The notes under the pieces were generated by a model. The model saw only the letters and a program-made list of their open reading frames with translations. It made no database searches and had not been told where the DNA came from. Shown in pieces: positions 9,769-18,627 of a DNA stretch of 64,000 bases. The stretch comes from a bacterium (GTDB taxonomy: Bacteria > RBG-13-61-14 > DATKZS01). Each line of letters starts with the position of its first letter. The stretch's first letter is position 1. The stretch spans positions 320,001 to 384,000 of the forward strand of contig CAXXFL010000002.1 of assembly GCA_963674965.2 (NCBI GenBank). Direction: 5' to 3'. Made by a program: the position numbers and the translations under genes.

Positions 9769-9825
9769 TTAGCAGGAGCTTTTGCACTTGCAAAGACCGG
9801 TTTTCTTTTTCTCTACTTTCTTCAT
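9769..9825 (-). CDS. Unannotated 18-aa Cys-rich peptide MKKVEKKKTGLCKCKSSC
   Basis: AAAGGAGG RBS 7 nt before the ATG; consensus promoter upstream; hairpin downstream. Confidence 0.7.
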   Translation of the reverse strand: MKKVEKKKTGLCKCKSSC

Positions 9826-9876
9826 TTTTCGTCCTCCTTTAAGGTTTGTAATCTTTTATATTTCCCATTGATAGAG

Positions 9877-9904
9877 ATTATATCTTCGCCTGAAGAAATG
9901 TCAA
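9877..9904 (-). promoter_or_regulatory. Consensus sigma70 promoter for the small peptide
   Basis: Minus strand TTGACA-16 bp-TATAAT. Confidence 0.75.
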
Positions 9905-10154
9905 GCAAAAACAGCCACTTAGCACATATTAATTCAAAATAACACTCGCCATGAACGGCATTTTCGTGGCACTTTACGGCGCGTGATAAAGCGCTATTCT
10001 ATAAGCTGTTTTTTAACGGAAGGCCATAATGTTCAATTATTGTAAGTATTATCGTGTTATCGCGTTGATTCTTTGCGTCCATCAAGATATAATGACCGTT
10101 AGAAAGCGATCCGTCATTAAGGCAAAAACACTCGATATGAAGGGATGCATTATC

Positions 10155-11174
10155 ATGGGTACGGCGCGAACGACTTCCATTCTTTTGGCTCTTTTATTAA
10201 TCATGGCCTCTTGTCCGACCTACTCCCTCGCCGATGGACCCGAGGCCAAGCAGGAGATATTCCCCGGCCAAGCCGAGCCCATCTTGTCCGAGTTGATAAT
10301 GAAGGCTTTCAACCTGGCCTTGAAGCGCGATTACGACGGGGCCAAGGCGGCCTGCCTCGAGCTGGGCGAGGCCCTTCCCCAGGACCCGAGCGGTCCCACC
10401 GGCGAGATGGTCCTTTACCAGGTGATGATGCTCGAGAACGAGGACTACGAGCTGGACGCCGAGTTCAGGGACGCGGCCGGGCGGGCCGAGGAAAGGTCAA
10501 AGGTCTTCGTGAAAAAGGCGGAGAAAAACGACTGGTATTATACACTCCTGGGCGCGAGCTGGGGCATCCAGGGAATATACTACTTGAGGCAGGACGAGTA
10601 TTTCAGCGGCCTCTATTACGGGTTTAGGGGCCTGTCCTACATGCGGACCGCGGCCGAGATGAGCCCGGACAACTGGGAAGCCAAGATGGGGATAGGCGTG
10701 TTCCTGTATTACCGCTCGGCCCTGGCCTCGATTTTTCCCGCGCCCTGGCTCGACCAGCGCGAGCGGGGCATCGAGATGGTCAGGCGAGCGGGCGAGGAGC
10801 GCGAGTACCTGGACGAGGTCAGCCGCATAGCTCTCAGCTATATCTACTATAACGAAAAGGACTACGACAAGACGGCCTCCTACATGGACGACCTCATATC
10901 GGAGCGTCCCTATTTCCCCATTTTCTACCACTTGGCCGGGCGGGCCATGATGGCCAAGGGAGATTACCAGAGGGCCTACGATTATTACGACGCCATGAGG
11001 AAGACCGACCCCGGCCTGTACCTCCCCTACCTGCGCCTGGCCGACATCTCGGAGAAGATGGGCAACAACGGCGCGGCTCGCGAGTGGCTCGATTTGTTCT
11101 ACCAGACCCTGGGCAAAAGGAAAAGCTCCCACCTGGAGGAGGCCGCGGACCTCAAGAAAAAACTGGCCGAATAA
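10155..11174 (+). CDS. Secreted TPR-like protein
   Basis: Signal peptide; helical repeats (ALSYIYYNEKDYDKTA, AGRAMMAKGDYQRAYDYY); start inferred. Confidence 0.75.
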   Translation: MGTARTTSILLALLLIMASCPTYSLADGPEAKQEIFPGQAEPILSELIMKAFNLALKRDYDGAKAACLELGEALPQDPSGPTGEMVLYQVMMLENEDYELDAEFRDAAGRAEERSKVFVKKAEKNDWYYTLLGASWGIQGIYYLRQDEYFSGLYYGFRGLSYMRTAAEMSPDNWEAKMGIGVFLYYRSALASIFPAPWLDQRERGIEMVRRAGEEREYLDEVSRIALSYIYYNEKDYDKTASYMDDLISERPYFPIFYHLAGRAMMAKGDYQRAYDYYDAMRKTDPGLYLPYLRLADISEKMGNNGAAREWLDLFYQTLGKRKSSHLEEAADLKKKLAE

Positions 11175-11379
11175 AAACGCGGGGGGGAGGGGGATTTTTC
11201 CAAGTGGAAGAATCTTCATCATGGAAAGGCTTATCAAATGTTCTTTTATAAGGCTTACATATGAAAAGAATTTAATGTTGACGATCTTCAGCTAAAATGC
11301 TAGCTTTAAATTGGTATTTTTCATCCAGAGTTGCATCAATGCTAGGCTAAACTTGAAGGCTAAGGGCAAGGAGAGAAAA

Positions 11380-13938
11380 ATGAAAAGTTCTAAAATTCTT
11401 CAATTCTCAGCAATCGCCTTGATGATGGCGCTTGTATCTATCATTTCAATCCCCACCGCTCAAGCTGCCACCTGCGGCGTAAGCGTTTGCGGCGACGGCA
11501 TCCTTGATCCAGGCGAGGAATGCGATGACGGCAACCTGTCGCTTGGAGACGGCTGCTCGGCTGACTGCACCGAAAGTTTCGACATGCAAGTTGGGAGCGC
11601 TCTGTTTTCCTATTCAGGCGAGCATCCGAGGGACATGGTCTCCGGTGACTTGAATAACGACGGGATAGTTGATTTCGTGGTCACAACATACCGCGGAGCC
11701 TCCATGTATACCTACCTAGTTAATCAAAACGGCTCCATCACCCAGGCGGGTCATTATTCATTGGGATCTAACACCTGCGCCATCGCGGGAGGAAACCTGA
11801 ATGGTGATCATTTCCTGGACGTGGCTACCGTCGATTGCGACACGGACCAACTATTTGTGTTTTTCGGGAACGGCGACGGGACCATGACCCTGGCGGACGT
11901 CTATATTCCCGGAGAGCGCCCCATGAACGCGAAGATAGGCGACGTCAATAACGACGGTTATGGAGACATCATAGCCGGGTGCCTGATAAGCCGCGGCTTC
12001 CGCGTTTATTATGGCGATGGCCATGGAGGCTTTCCCTCCAGTGAGTTTATTTCAACCAACGCCACAGGAAATCCCACCACGGAGGCGCGCGATCTGAATG
12101 GCGACGGATATAACGACCTTGTCCATGGAGCGCACGACAGAAACGGAGGAGAACCCTTTTTTGGTATCTTGATGGGCATAAACGACGGCTTCTCCATCAG
12201 CCAGACTTTCAACTCTCCCTTCAGGGCACAAAACGCGAACGCTCTGGATCTTAACAATGACGGGTATCCGGATTTGGCCGTTTACGCCTCTGTCGATGGG
12301 CCCTCATGGTCGGCGGCGACTATACTTCGCGCCATGATAAACCAGGGAGACGGCTCGTTCTCCATAGGCCAGGAGATAAACACCGGCGATCAAGGCCACC
12401 GAATGGCGAAAGGCGACCTCAACAACGACGGAGAAACGGACATTGTCATGACCTCAAGATATTCCTCTCAACCGGCCGCGAGAGTTTTTCGAGGGGATGG
12501 CGTCGGTTTCTTCAAATCCGAGATCAGATATAATATGAGCACTGACGTCCTTGGAGTCGCCGTAGTGGACATTAATAACGACGGCCTTCCAGACGTCCTT
12601 TCATCGATAGCCGATCACTATAAAGTCGTTCCCACCTTCAACCACAACTACTACCAGTTCCCCGTCTGCGGCGACTTCCGCATCGGGCGGGGCGAGAACT
12701 GCGACGACGGGAACACGGCGGACGGCGACGGGTGCTCGGCCATCTGCCGGCTCGAGGCCACGGGCGACACGGACAGGGACGGACTGACCGACGGCGAGGA
12801 GACGGGGATTTATTACACCGACCCGCTTAATCCCGACACGGACGGGGACTGCGTGTTCGACGGGGAGGAGGTCTGCTCGGGGGCCGACCCGCTCGACCCC
12901 TCCGACCAGGAAGGCTGCCGGCAAATAGTCACCCCCAGCGGCGAGTGGAAGATCAAGGCCACCCTGCTCGAGGCCTCGGCCGCCCTCTCCTCCGAGGTCT
13001 GGATTTCCGAGCCCATCGAGGAGCGCCTTATCAAAAACAGCTTGAAGCACGTGGGCAAGGTGGTGACCACCACCGTGCTCTCGGGCGAGACGGTGAACTT
13101 CTTCATCCGGGTCCACGCCGAGTCCTGGGGCCTTGGCGTTTACGACCACTACTCGGACTCGATGTACGCCCGCGTGTCGCGCCAGGACGCCTTTACCTAC
13201 ACCATCGGCTTCGAGGACCTTCCCGTGGGCCAGTCGGACTGGGACTTCGATGACCTGGTCCTCCTGGTCGAGTTCATCCCGGCCGAGGCGGCGCCCGGCG
13301 TTGCGCGGAACTCCATGGACGAATACGAGGTCTCGACGGCCAACCAGGCGGGGAGCCGCGCCCTGGATTCCTCCACCGTCTTCGCCGAGCTTAATTTCGA
13401 CGGGTACGCCTCGATCGAGATTTCCGGCGCGGCCATCTCCGGCGACGCGGCGGTGGTTCTCACGGCTGGCCTCGCCGAGAAGTACTCGGACCTTCCCTCC
13501 CCCACGCCGGGCTATTTCGGGGAGTTCAAAAAGGTCCTTCTCACGAACGGCCAGACCGACCTTGGCGGGGTCAACGGGACGATCGTCATCTCTTACAAGG
13601 ACGAGGACGACGACGGCGTTGTTGACGGCACGACGGCCGCCGAGGACAACCTGGTCGTTTACCGCTACGACGAGGACTCCCAGGACTGGGTCCAGCTCAT
13701 CACGAACAAGGACGGTGACGGCAACCTGGTGGCGGGCGTGACGGACAAGGCTTCCCTTTTCGCGGTCGGCTCGAGGTACTCCCCCGGCGGAAGCGTTAAC
13801 CTCAGTTGCATGATGAGCGACGCATCGAGCTGGAGCGCCAGGGACTTCTTCGGCAACGCGGCGGTGTTTTTCATCGTCATTCTGGCCCTGACGCTGGTGA
13901 GAAAAGGGGCCGCGAAGAAGGAGACCAAAGCGGGCTAG
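11380..13938 (+). CDS. Surface protein: DUF4215-type Cys repeats, FG-GAP/VCBS propeller, Ca-binding repeats, DUF4114-like domain, C-terminal membrane anchor
   Basis: CGDGILDPGEECDDGN...GDGCSADC type repeat twice; about seven GDLNNDGxxD; DTDRDGLTDGEE; GFEDL...DWDFDDLV; Cys + TM + RK tail. Confidence 0.85.
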   Translation: MKSSKILQFSAIALMMALVSIISIPTAQAATCGVSVCGDGILDPGEECDDGNLSLGDGCSADCTESFDMQVGSALFSYSGEHPRDMVSGDLNNDGIVDFVVTTYRGASMYTYLVNQNGSITQAGHYSLGSNTCAIAGGNLNGDHFLDVATVDCDTDQLFVFFGNGDGTMTLADVYIPGERPMNAKIGDVNNDGYGDIIAGCLISRGFRVYYGDGHGGFPSSEFISTNATGNPTTEARDLNGDGYNDLVHGAHDRNGGEPFFGILMGINDGFSISQTFNSPFRAQNANALDLNNDGYPDLAVYASVDGPSWSAATILRAMINQGDGSFSIGQEINTGDQGHRMAKGDLNNDGETDIVMTSRYSSQPAARVFRGDGVGFFKSEIRYNMSTDVLGVAVVDINNDGLPDVLSSIADHYKVVPTFNHNYYQFPVCGDFRIGRGENCDDGNTADGDGCSAICRLEATGDTDRDGLTDGEETGIYYTDPLNPDTDGDCVFDGEEVCSGADPLDPSDQEGCRQIVTPSGEWKIKATLLEASAALSSEVWISEPIEERLIKNSLKHVGKVVTTTVLSGETVNFFIRVHAESWGLGVYDHYSDSMYARVSRQDAFTYTIGFEDLPVGQSDWDFDDLVLLVEFIPAEAAPGVARNSMDEYEVSTANQAGSRALDSSTVFAELNFDGYASIEISGAAISGDAAVVLTAGLAEKYSDLPSPTPGYFGEFKKVLLTNGQTDLGGVNGTIVISYKDEDDDGVVDGTTAAEDNLVVYRYDEDSQDWVQLITNKDGDGNLVAGVTDKASLFAVGSRYSPGGSVNLSCMMSDASSWSARDFFGNAAVFFIVILALTLVRKGAAKKETKAG

Positions 13939-14033
13939 GGACCAATGGGGGGGCTCGCGCCGTTCTTATTAAATAATCCCGGTCCCCATCCGACTGCTAA
14001 GGGGCGGATGGGGACGGGGCTGCTTGCAAGGTT

Positions 14034-14938
14034 TCAGCCGGACGTGATCATGGCCACCAGGCCGCCGCCGGGTCGCATGGCGGCCTCGATCTTTCCGTCC
14101 GAATCGAGCTCGATCTCTTGGCGCCTGAACGCCGCGGGGTTGTCCATTTCGTCGGACAGGACCACGGCGTGGCCGGGACCGTCCAGGAAGTCGGTCTCGA
14201 TGGTTATGTCCCGCCGTCCGCTTCCGTTCAGCACGCCAACGTACCACACGTCTCCCTTGCGCCGGGCAAAGGCCGCCAGTTCTCTTATCTGGCTCTGAGG
14301 GAGGACTATGGTCTCGTCCCAGGTGGCGGGAAGCTTTTTCATGATCTCGATGGCGGGAGCGGCCGGCGGGTTTTCAAGGTACATCTCCGGCTTGTCCGCG
14401 TAGTGGGTGACCGATGAGAAAAGCGCTATGGGCAGGGCCAGTTGATGGGCGTAGCTGGTCTTGCCGAGCTTTTTGGGATTGAAGGTCACGGGCGTGTAGT
14501 CGGCATGTCCGGCCAGGAGCCTGGTAAAGGGCAGTCCGCAGTTGTGCTCGGGGGTCAGGGGCGTGAGACTGAACTTGTTGTACTCGAGGCCCCTTATCCC
14601 CTCCCGGGTCATCTCGTTCGGATATGTCCTGGACTCGCCCGCCGGCTTGTTGGCGCCGTGGAAGTTGATCATCAGCTTGTGGCGAGCCCCGTCAATCAGC
14701 GCCTTCTCGTGGAACTCGAGTTTCTTGTGGCTCTCGCTGTCCATGAAGTCGATCTTAACCCCCACGGCCCCGGTTTGCTTGACGTTGGCGAAATAATAGT
14801 TTCGCCGCTCGTCGTCCAGGATCATCTGGTGGGCCTTCCACACCCACACGTCCACGCCCTTTGTCTTGGCGTAATCCACCAGTTCCGCCATCACGGCCCA
14901 CTTGTCCTTGCCCAGGCCGCCCCATCGCTCCCATCCGC
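14034..14938 (-). pseudogene. Glycoside hydrolase family 97, C-terminal half only
   Basis: GW..W, GVKIDF, INFHG..KP.G..RTYPN..TREGIRGLE, PFTR.LAG.ADYTP, P.TWDET; the 5' half is missing beyond the REPIN at 14939. Confidence 0.85.
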
Positions 14939-15065
14939 GGGTGGCGCGGATAGCTCGCCTATCCGCGCGGCGCAAGCCGTTGGATTGATCTGTACGCGCC
15001 CGGCGGGCCGCCGCTCCCTTTCCCACGCCTTCGGCGCCCAGATAGCGAAGCTATCCGGGCCACCC
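14939..15065. repeat. 127-bp F3 REPIN
   Basis: GGGTGGC...GCCACCC ends; near-identical to 15379-15505. Confidence 0.9.
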
Positions 15066-15378
15066 CGCGCCCAAAGGCCCAGCCAAGCCCAAGTCCCTTT
15101 AAACTTCCTCGTTCTCATGGCGATCTCCTTTGCTCTTTAAAGTCAGTCCGCCGCGCGGCGCGTAGAACGCATAGCTCGCCTATGCGTGGCGCCCGTTTTG
15201 TCAATTTCCCAGCATAACGGCAGGAAAGCGGCTACCCCCATTCTTGGTACCACGCGACCTGCTCGCTATGCTCGCACACATAGGCGAGCTATGTGCGTAC
15301 ACCTTATCAGTCCGCCGCGCAGCGGATACCGAGGAGGCTTCCCCTGGTTTCCGGCGCGGAATTGTACCGCTTGGCCGC
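15066..15378 (-). pseudogene. Fragment paralogous to 18375-18685 (3' end of an FGE gene, REP spacer, first 17 codons of a target gene)
   Basis: Encodes ...AAKRYNSAPETRGSLLGIRCAAD* and [17 protein letters not shown]. Confidence 0.85.
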
Positions 15379-15505
15379 GGGTGGCGCGGATCGCTCGCCT
15401 ATCCGCGCGGCGCAAGCCGTTGGATTGATCTGTACGCGCCCGGCGGGCCGTCGCCCCCTTTCCCACGCCTTCGGCGCCCAGATAGCGGAGCTATCCGGGC
15501 CACCC
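15379..15505. repeat. 127-bp F3 REPIN
   Basis: Direct repeat of 14939-15065. Confidence 0.9.
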
Positions 15506-15576
15506 CGCGAAACTCATGGCAAAACCTCTTTACACAGATCATAAGCTTTCTGAACCGCGGGAAGTTCCTTCTTCAT
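15506..15576 (-). pseudogene. avd: 5' stump of a DGR accessory variability determinant
   Basis: MKKELPAVQKAYDLCKEVLP*VSR resembles the Avd N-terminal helix (ELP..QK.YDL); lies directly after a target gene; internal TGA and truncation at the REPIN. Confidence 0.7.
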
Positions 15577-15591
15577 TTCAAAAATTTTTCC

Positions 15592-15658
15592 GATGGGGGC
15601 TTACGCCCCCATCAAAGGGTAAAAGGGATAAAGAATCAAAGTGTAATCAGTCCCCAGC
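15592..15658 (-). other. Candidate DGR IMH tract and target-recognition hairpin
   Basis: 43 bp (15616-15658) identical to 17054-17096; GATGGGGGC-GTAA-GCCCCCATC hairpin at 15592-15613 with no adjacent U run. Confidence 0.65.
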
Positions 15659-16987
15659 GCAACGAAATCCAAGGCTGTTGTACAGGAACGTCGGGAAGTA
15701 GGTGGTACGGTAAGCCACGCGCAAGTAGGCCGAAGGGTCGTACCAAAGGCCGCCGCGCAAGACGCGATACGTACCTGAAGCGGGACCGGGAGGGTCGTTG
15801 GTTGGACTTGAACTGTAATACGTTGATGAATACCAATCGTTCGTCCATTCATAGACGTTGCCCGTCATGTCGTAAAGACCGTAGCCGTTGGCCGCGTAAT
15901 ACTCAACCTCCGAGGTGTCGTTGTCCCAGGGATCGCCAGAGTTCCAGTAATTTGCATCAGTCCCGCTGATGCTGTCGCCCCAGGGATAGCGCTTTCCGGA
16001 AAGACCGCCGCGGGCAGCGTACTCCCACTCGGCCTCGGTGGGCAGTCTCTTGCCCGCCCAGGTGCAGTAAGCCGTGGCCTGGTTCCAGTCAACGTAGATA
16101 ACAGGGAAGTTGTCATAAGTGGGATTGCCGTAATAAGAGCCTCGGGAATAGCTTGAAGAATTACTCGGAGCCGTGCATCCCCCTCCGCTGACACAGGCCG
16201 CGTACTCAGCGTTGGTTACCTCGTGCACGTCCATGTAAAAGTCAGATGTAATGCAAACGTTATGCACCGGAAACTCATTGCTTTCTCCCTCACCGAACGC
16301 GTCGCCCATGTCGAAGCAACCGGAGGGAATCAGGGCCATGTTGGGGGGGGCGGGGCAGCTCTGGTAGTCGGCGAAGACCTGGAGATAGGCGGTGTAGTGG
16401 CCGGCGGCGACGCTGGTGAACACGAAACTCTGGGAGGCGACGCCGCCGGGTGGTATGCTTTCCTGCCAGGTGTTGGCGCAGCCCTCGGCCGAGCCCGCCG
16501 AGCTGGGGGAATCGTCGGTAATGCAGTAGCCCGAGTCGTTTATCGGCTGGGAGGTGTTGGGAGCGAGGATGAAGTCAACGCCCGGGTCGGTCCAGATATA
16601 GTCGGCCTCGGCCATGATCGCGTCGGGCCTGGTCGAGGAGTTGAACCGGGTGCGGACGTTGTACATGCACTCGTCCGAGTCGAGGTTGTGGAAAACGACC
16701 TCGCAGGTGGCCGCGTAGTTCCCCGCGTCCCACGAGCAGCCGGCCGGACCGTTCCGGACCTCGAGGGTGTGGCCGTTAAGGGCCCCCACCCAGGAGCGGC
16801 CCGGAGCGTCGCCGATCTCGAGCGTCTTGTGGTCGAGGTCAAGGCGAAGCTCGTACACCGCGGCCTCCACCTGGCCAACCGCCGTCTCCCCGGAAGGGTC
16901 GCCGCCCGGCGTCCCGCAACCGAAAGACAGCGCCATCGCCCAAAGGCCCAGCCAAGCCCAAGTCCCTTTAAACTTCTTCGTTCTCAT
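15647..16987 (-). CDS. FGE/CLec-fold lipoprotein, candidate DGR target A
   Basis: SFGC lipobox; FGE motifs; C-terminal [39 protein letters not shown]. Confidence 0.9.
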   Translation of the reverse strand: MRTKKFKGTWAWLGLWAMALSFGCGTPGGDPSGETAVGQVEAAVYELRLDLDHKTLEIGDAPGRSWVGALNGHTLEVRNGPAGCSWDAGNYAATCEVVFHNLDSDECMYNVRTRFNSSTRPDAIMAEADYIWTDPGVDFILAPNTSQPINDSGYCITDDSPSSAGSAEGCANTWQESIPPGGVASQSFVFTSVAAGHYTAYLQVFADYQSCPAPPNMALIPSGCFDMGDAFGEGESNEFPVHNVCITSDFYMDVHEVTNAEYAACVSGGGCTAPSNSSSYSRGSYYGNPTYDNFPVIYVDWNQATAYCTWAGKRLPTEAEWEYAARGGLSGKRYPWGDSISGTDANYWNSGDPWDNDTSEVEYYAANGYGLYDMTGNVYEWTNDWYSSTYYSSSPTNDPPGPASGTYRVLRGGLWYDPSAYLRVAYRTTYFPTFLYNSLGFRCAGD

Positions 16988-17084
16988 GGCGATCTCCTTT
17001 TCTCTTTAAAGTCAGTCCGCCGCGCGGAGTGTAGAAACCCTTTCATGGGAAATAGGGTAAAAGGGATAAAGAATCAAAGTGTAA

Positions 17085-18425
17085 TCAGTCCCCAGCACAA
17101 CGGAAGCCAATGAAGTTGTTCTGGACAGTAGGCGAAATGTAGCCCCGGTAAGCTACGCGCAGGCTGTACGAAACGTAGTACCAAAGGCCGCCGCGCAAAA
17201 CGCGAGACGTACCGTACGCGGGACCGGGAGGGTCGTTGGTTGGACTTGAACTGTAATACGTTATTGAATGCCAATCGTTCGTCCATTCCCAGACGTTGCC
17301 CGCCATGTCGTAAAGTCTGTAGCCGTTGGCAGCGTAATATTCAACCTCCGAGGTATCGTTGTCCCAGGGATCGCCCGAGTCCCGGTAATTGGCGTCCGTC
17401 CCACTTATGCTGTCGCCCCAGGGATACCTCTTGCCCGCCAGTCCGCCACGGGTAGCGTACTCCCACTCGGCCTCGGTGGGCAGCCTCTTGCCCGCCCAGG
17501 TGCAATAGGCCGTGGCCTGGTTCCAGTCAACATAGATAACAGGGAAGTTGTCATAAGTAGGATTGCCGTAATAAGAGCTCCGGGTATAACTGTTCGCACT
17601 GCCCGGCGCGGTGCAGCCGCCGCCACTCACGCAGGCCGCGTACTCCGCGTTGGTCACCTCGTGAACGTCCATGTAGAAGTTCGAGGTGATGCAAACGTTA
17701 TGCACTGGAAGCTCATTGCTTGTTATCTCGCCGAAGGCGTCGCCCATATCGAAGCATCCGGCGGGGATGAGGGCCATGTCCGGGGGGGCGGGGCAGCTCT
17801 GGTAGTCGGCGAAGACCTGGAGATAGGCTCTGTAGTGGCCGGAGGAGACGCTGGTGAACACGAAACTCTGGGAGGCGACGCCGCCGGGTGGGATGCTTTC
17901 CTGCCAGGTGTTGGCGCAGCCCTCGGCCGAGCCCGCCGAGCTGGGGGAATCGTCGGTAATGCAGTAGCCCGAGTCGTTTATCGGCTGGGAGGTGTTGGGC
18001 GCGAGGATGAAGTCAACGCCCGGGTCGGTCCAGATATAGTCGGCCTCGGCCATGATCGCGTCGGGCCTGGTCGAGAATTTGAACCGGGTGCGGACGTTGT
18101 ACATGCACTCGTCCGAGTCGAGGTTGTGGAAAACGACCTCGCAGGTGGCCGCGTAGTTCCCAGCGTCCCACGAGCAGCCGGCCGGACCGTTCCGGACCTC
18201 GAGGGTGTGGCCGTTAAGGGCCCCCACCCAGGAGCGGCCCGGAGCGTCGCCGATCTCGAGCGTCTTGTGGTCGAGGTCAAGGCGAAGCTCGTACACCGCG
18301 GCCTCCATCTGGCCAGCCGCCGTCTCCCCGGAAGGGCCGCCGCCCGGCGTCCCGCAACCGAAAGACAGCGCCACCGCCCAAAGGCCCAGCCAAGCCCAAG
18401 TCCCTTTAAACTTTTTCGTTCTCAT
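17085..18425 (-). CDS. FGE/CLec-fold lipoprotein, candidate DGR target B
   Basis: Same length as A (446 aa) and near-identical; C-terminal [39 protein letters not shown]. Confidence 0.9.
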   Translation of the reverse strand: MRTKKFKGTWAWLGLWAVALSFGCGTPGGGPSGETAAGQMEAAVYELRLDLDHKTLEIGDAPGRSWVGALNGHTLEVRNGPAGCSWDAGNYAATCEVVFHNLDSDECMYNVRTRFKFSTRPDAIMAEADYIWTDPGVDFILAPNTSQPINDSGYCITDDSPSSAGSAEGCANTWQESIPPGGVASQSFVFTSVSSGHYRAYLQVFADYQSCPAPPDMALIPAGCFDMGDAFGEITSNELPVHNVCITSNFYMDVHEVTNAEYAACVSGGGCTAPGSANSYTRSSYYGNPTYDNFPVIYVDWNQATAYCTWAGKRLPTEAEWEYATRGGLAGKRYPWGDSISGTDANYRDSGDPWDNDTSEVEYYAANGYRLYDMAGNVWEWTNDWHSITYYSSSPTNDPPGPAYGTSRVLRGGLWYYVSYSLRVAYRGYISPTVQNNFIGFRCAGD

Positions 18426-18448
18426 GGTGATCTCCTTTTCTCTAAAAA

Positions 18449-18627
18449 GTCAGTCCGCCGCGCGGCGCGTAGAACGCATAGCTCGCCTATGCGTGGCGCC
18501 CGTTTTGTCAATTTCCAAGCATAACGGCAGGAAAGCGGCTACCCCCATTCTTGGTACCACGCGACCTGCTCGCTATGCTCGCACACATAGGCGAGCTATG
18601 TGCGTACACCTTGTCAGTCCGCCGCGC
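18449..18627. repeat. REP doublet (F3-related) flanked by a 15-bp direct repeat
   Basis: ACGCATAGCTCGCCTATGCGT and GCACATAGGCGAGCTATGTGC hairpins; GTCAGTCCGCCGCGC at 18449 and 18613; copy at ~15142-15321. Confidence 0.75.

Noticed and set aside
14939-15026. ORF-track N-terminus of the GH97 gene
   Set aside because: REPIN sequence read in frame, not a real start.
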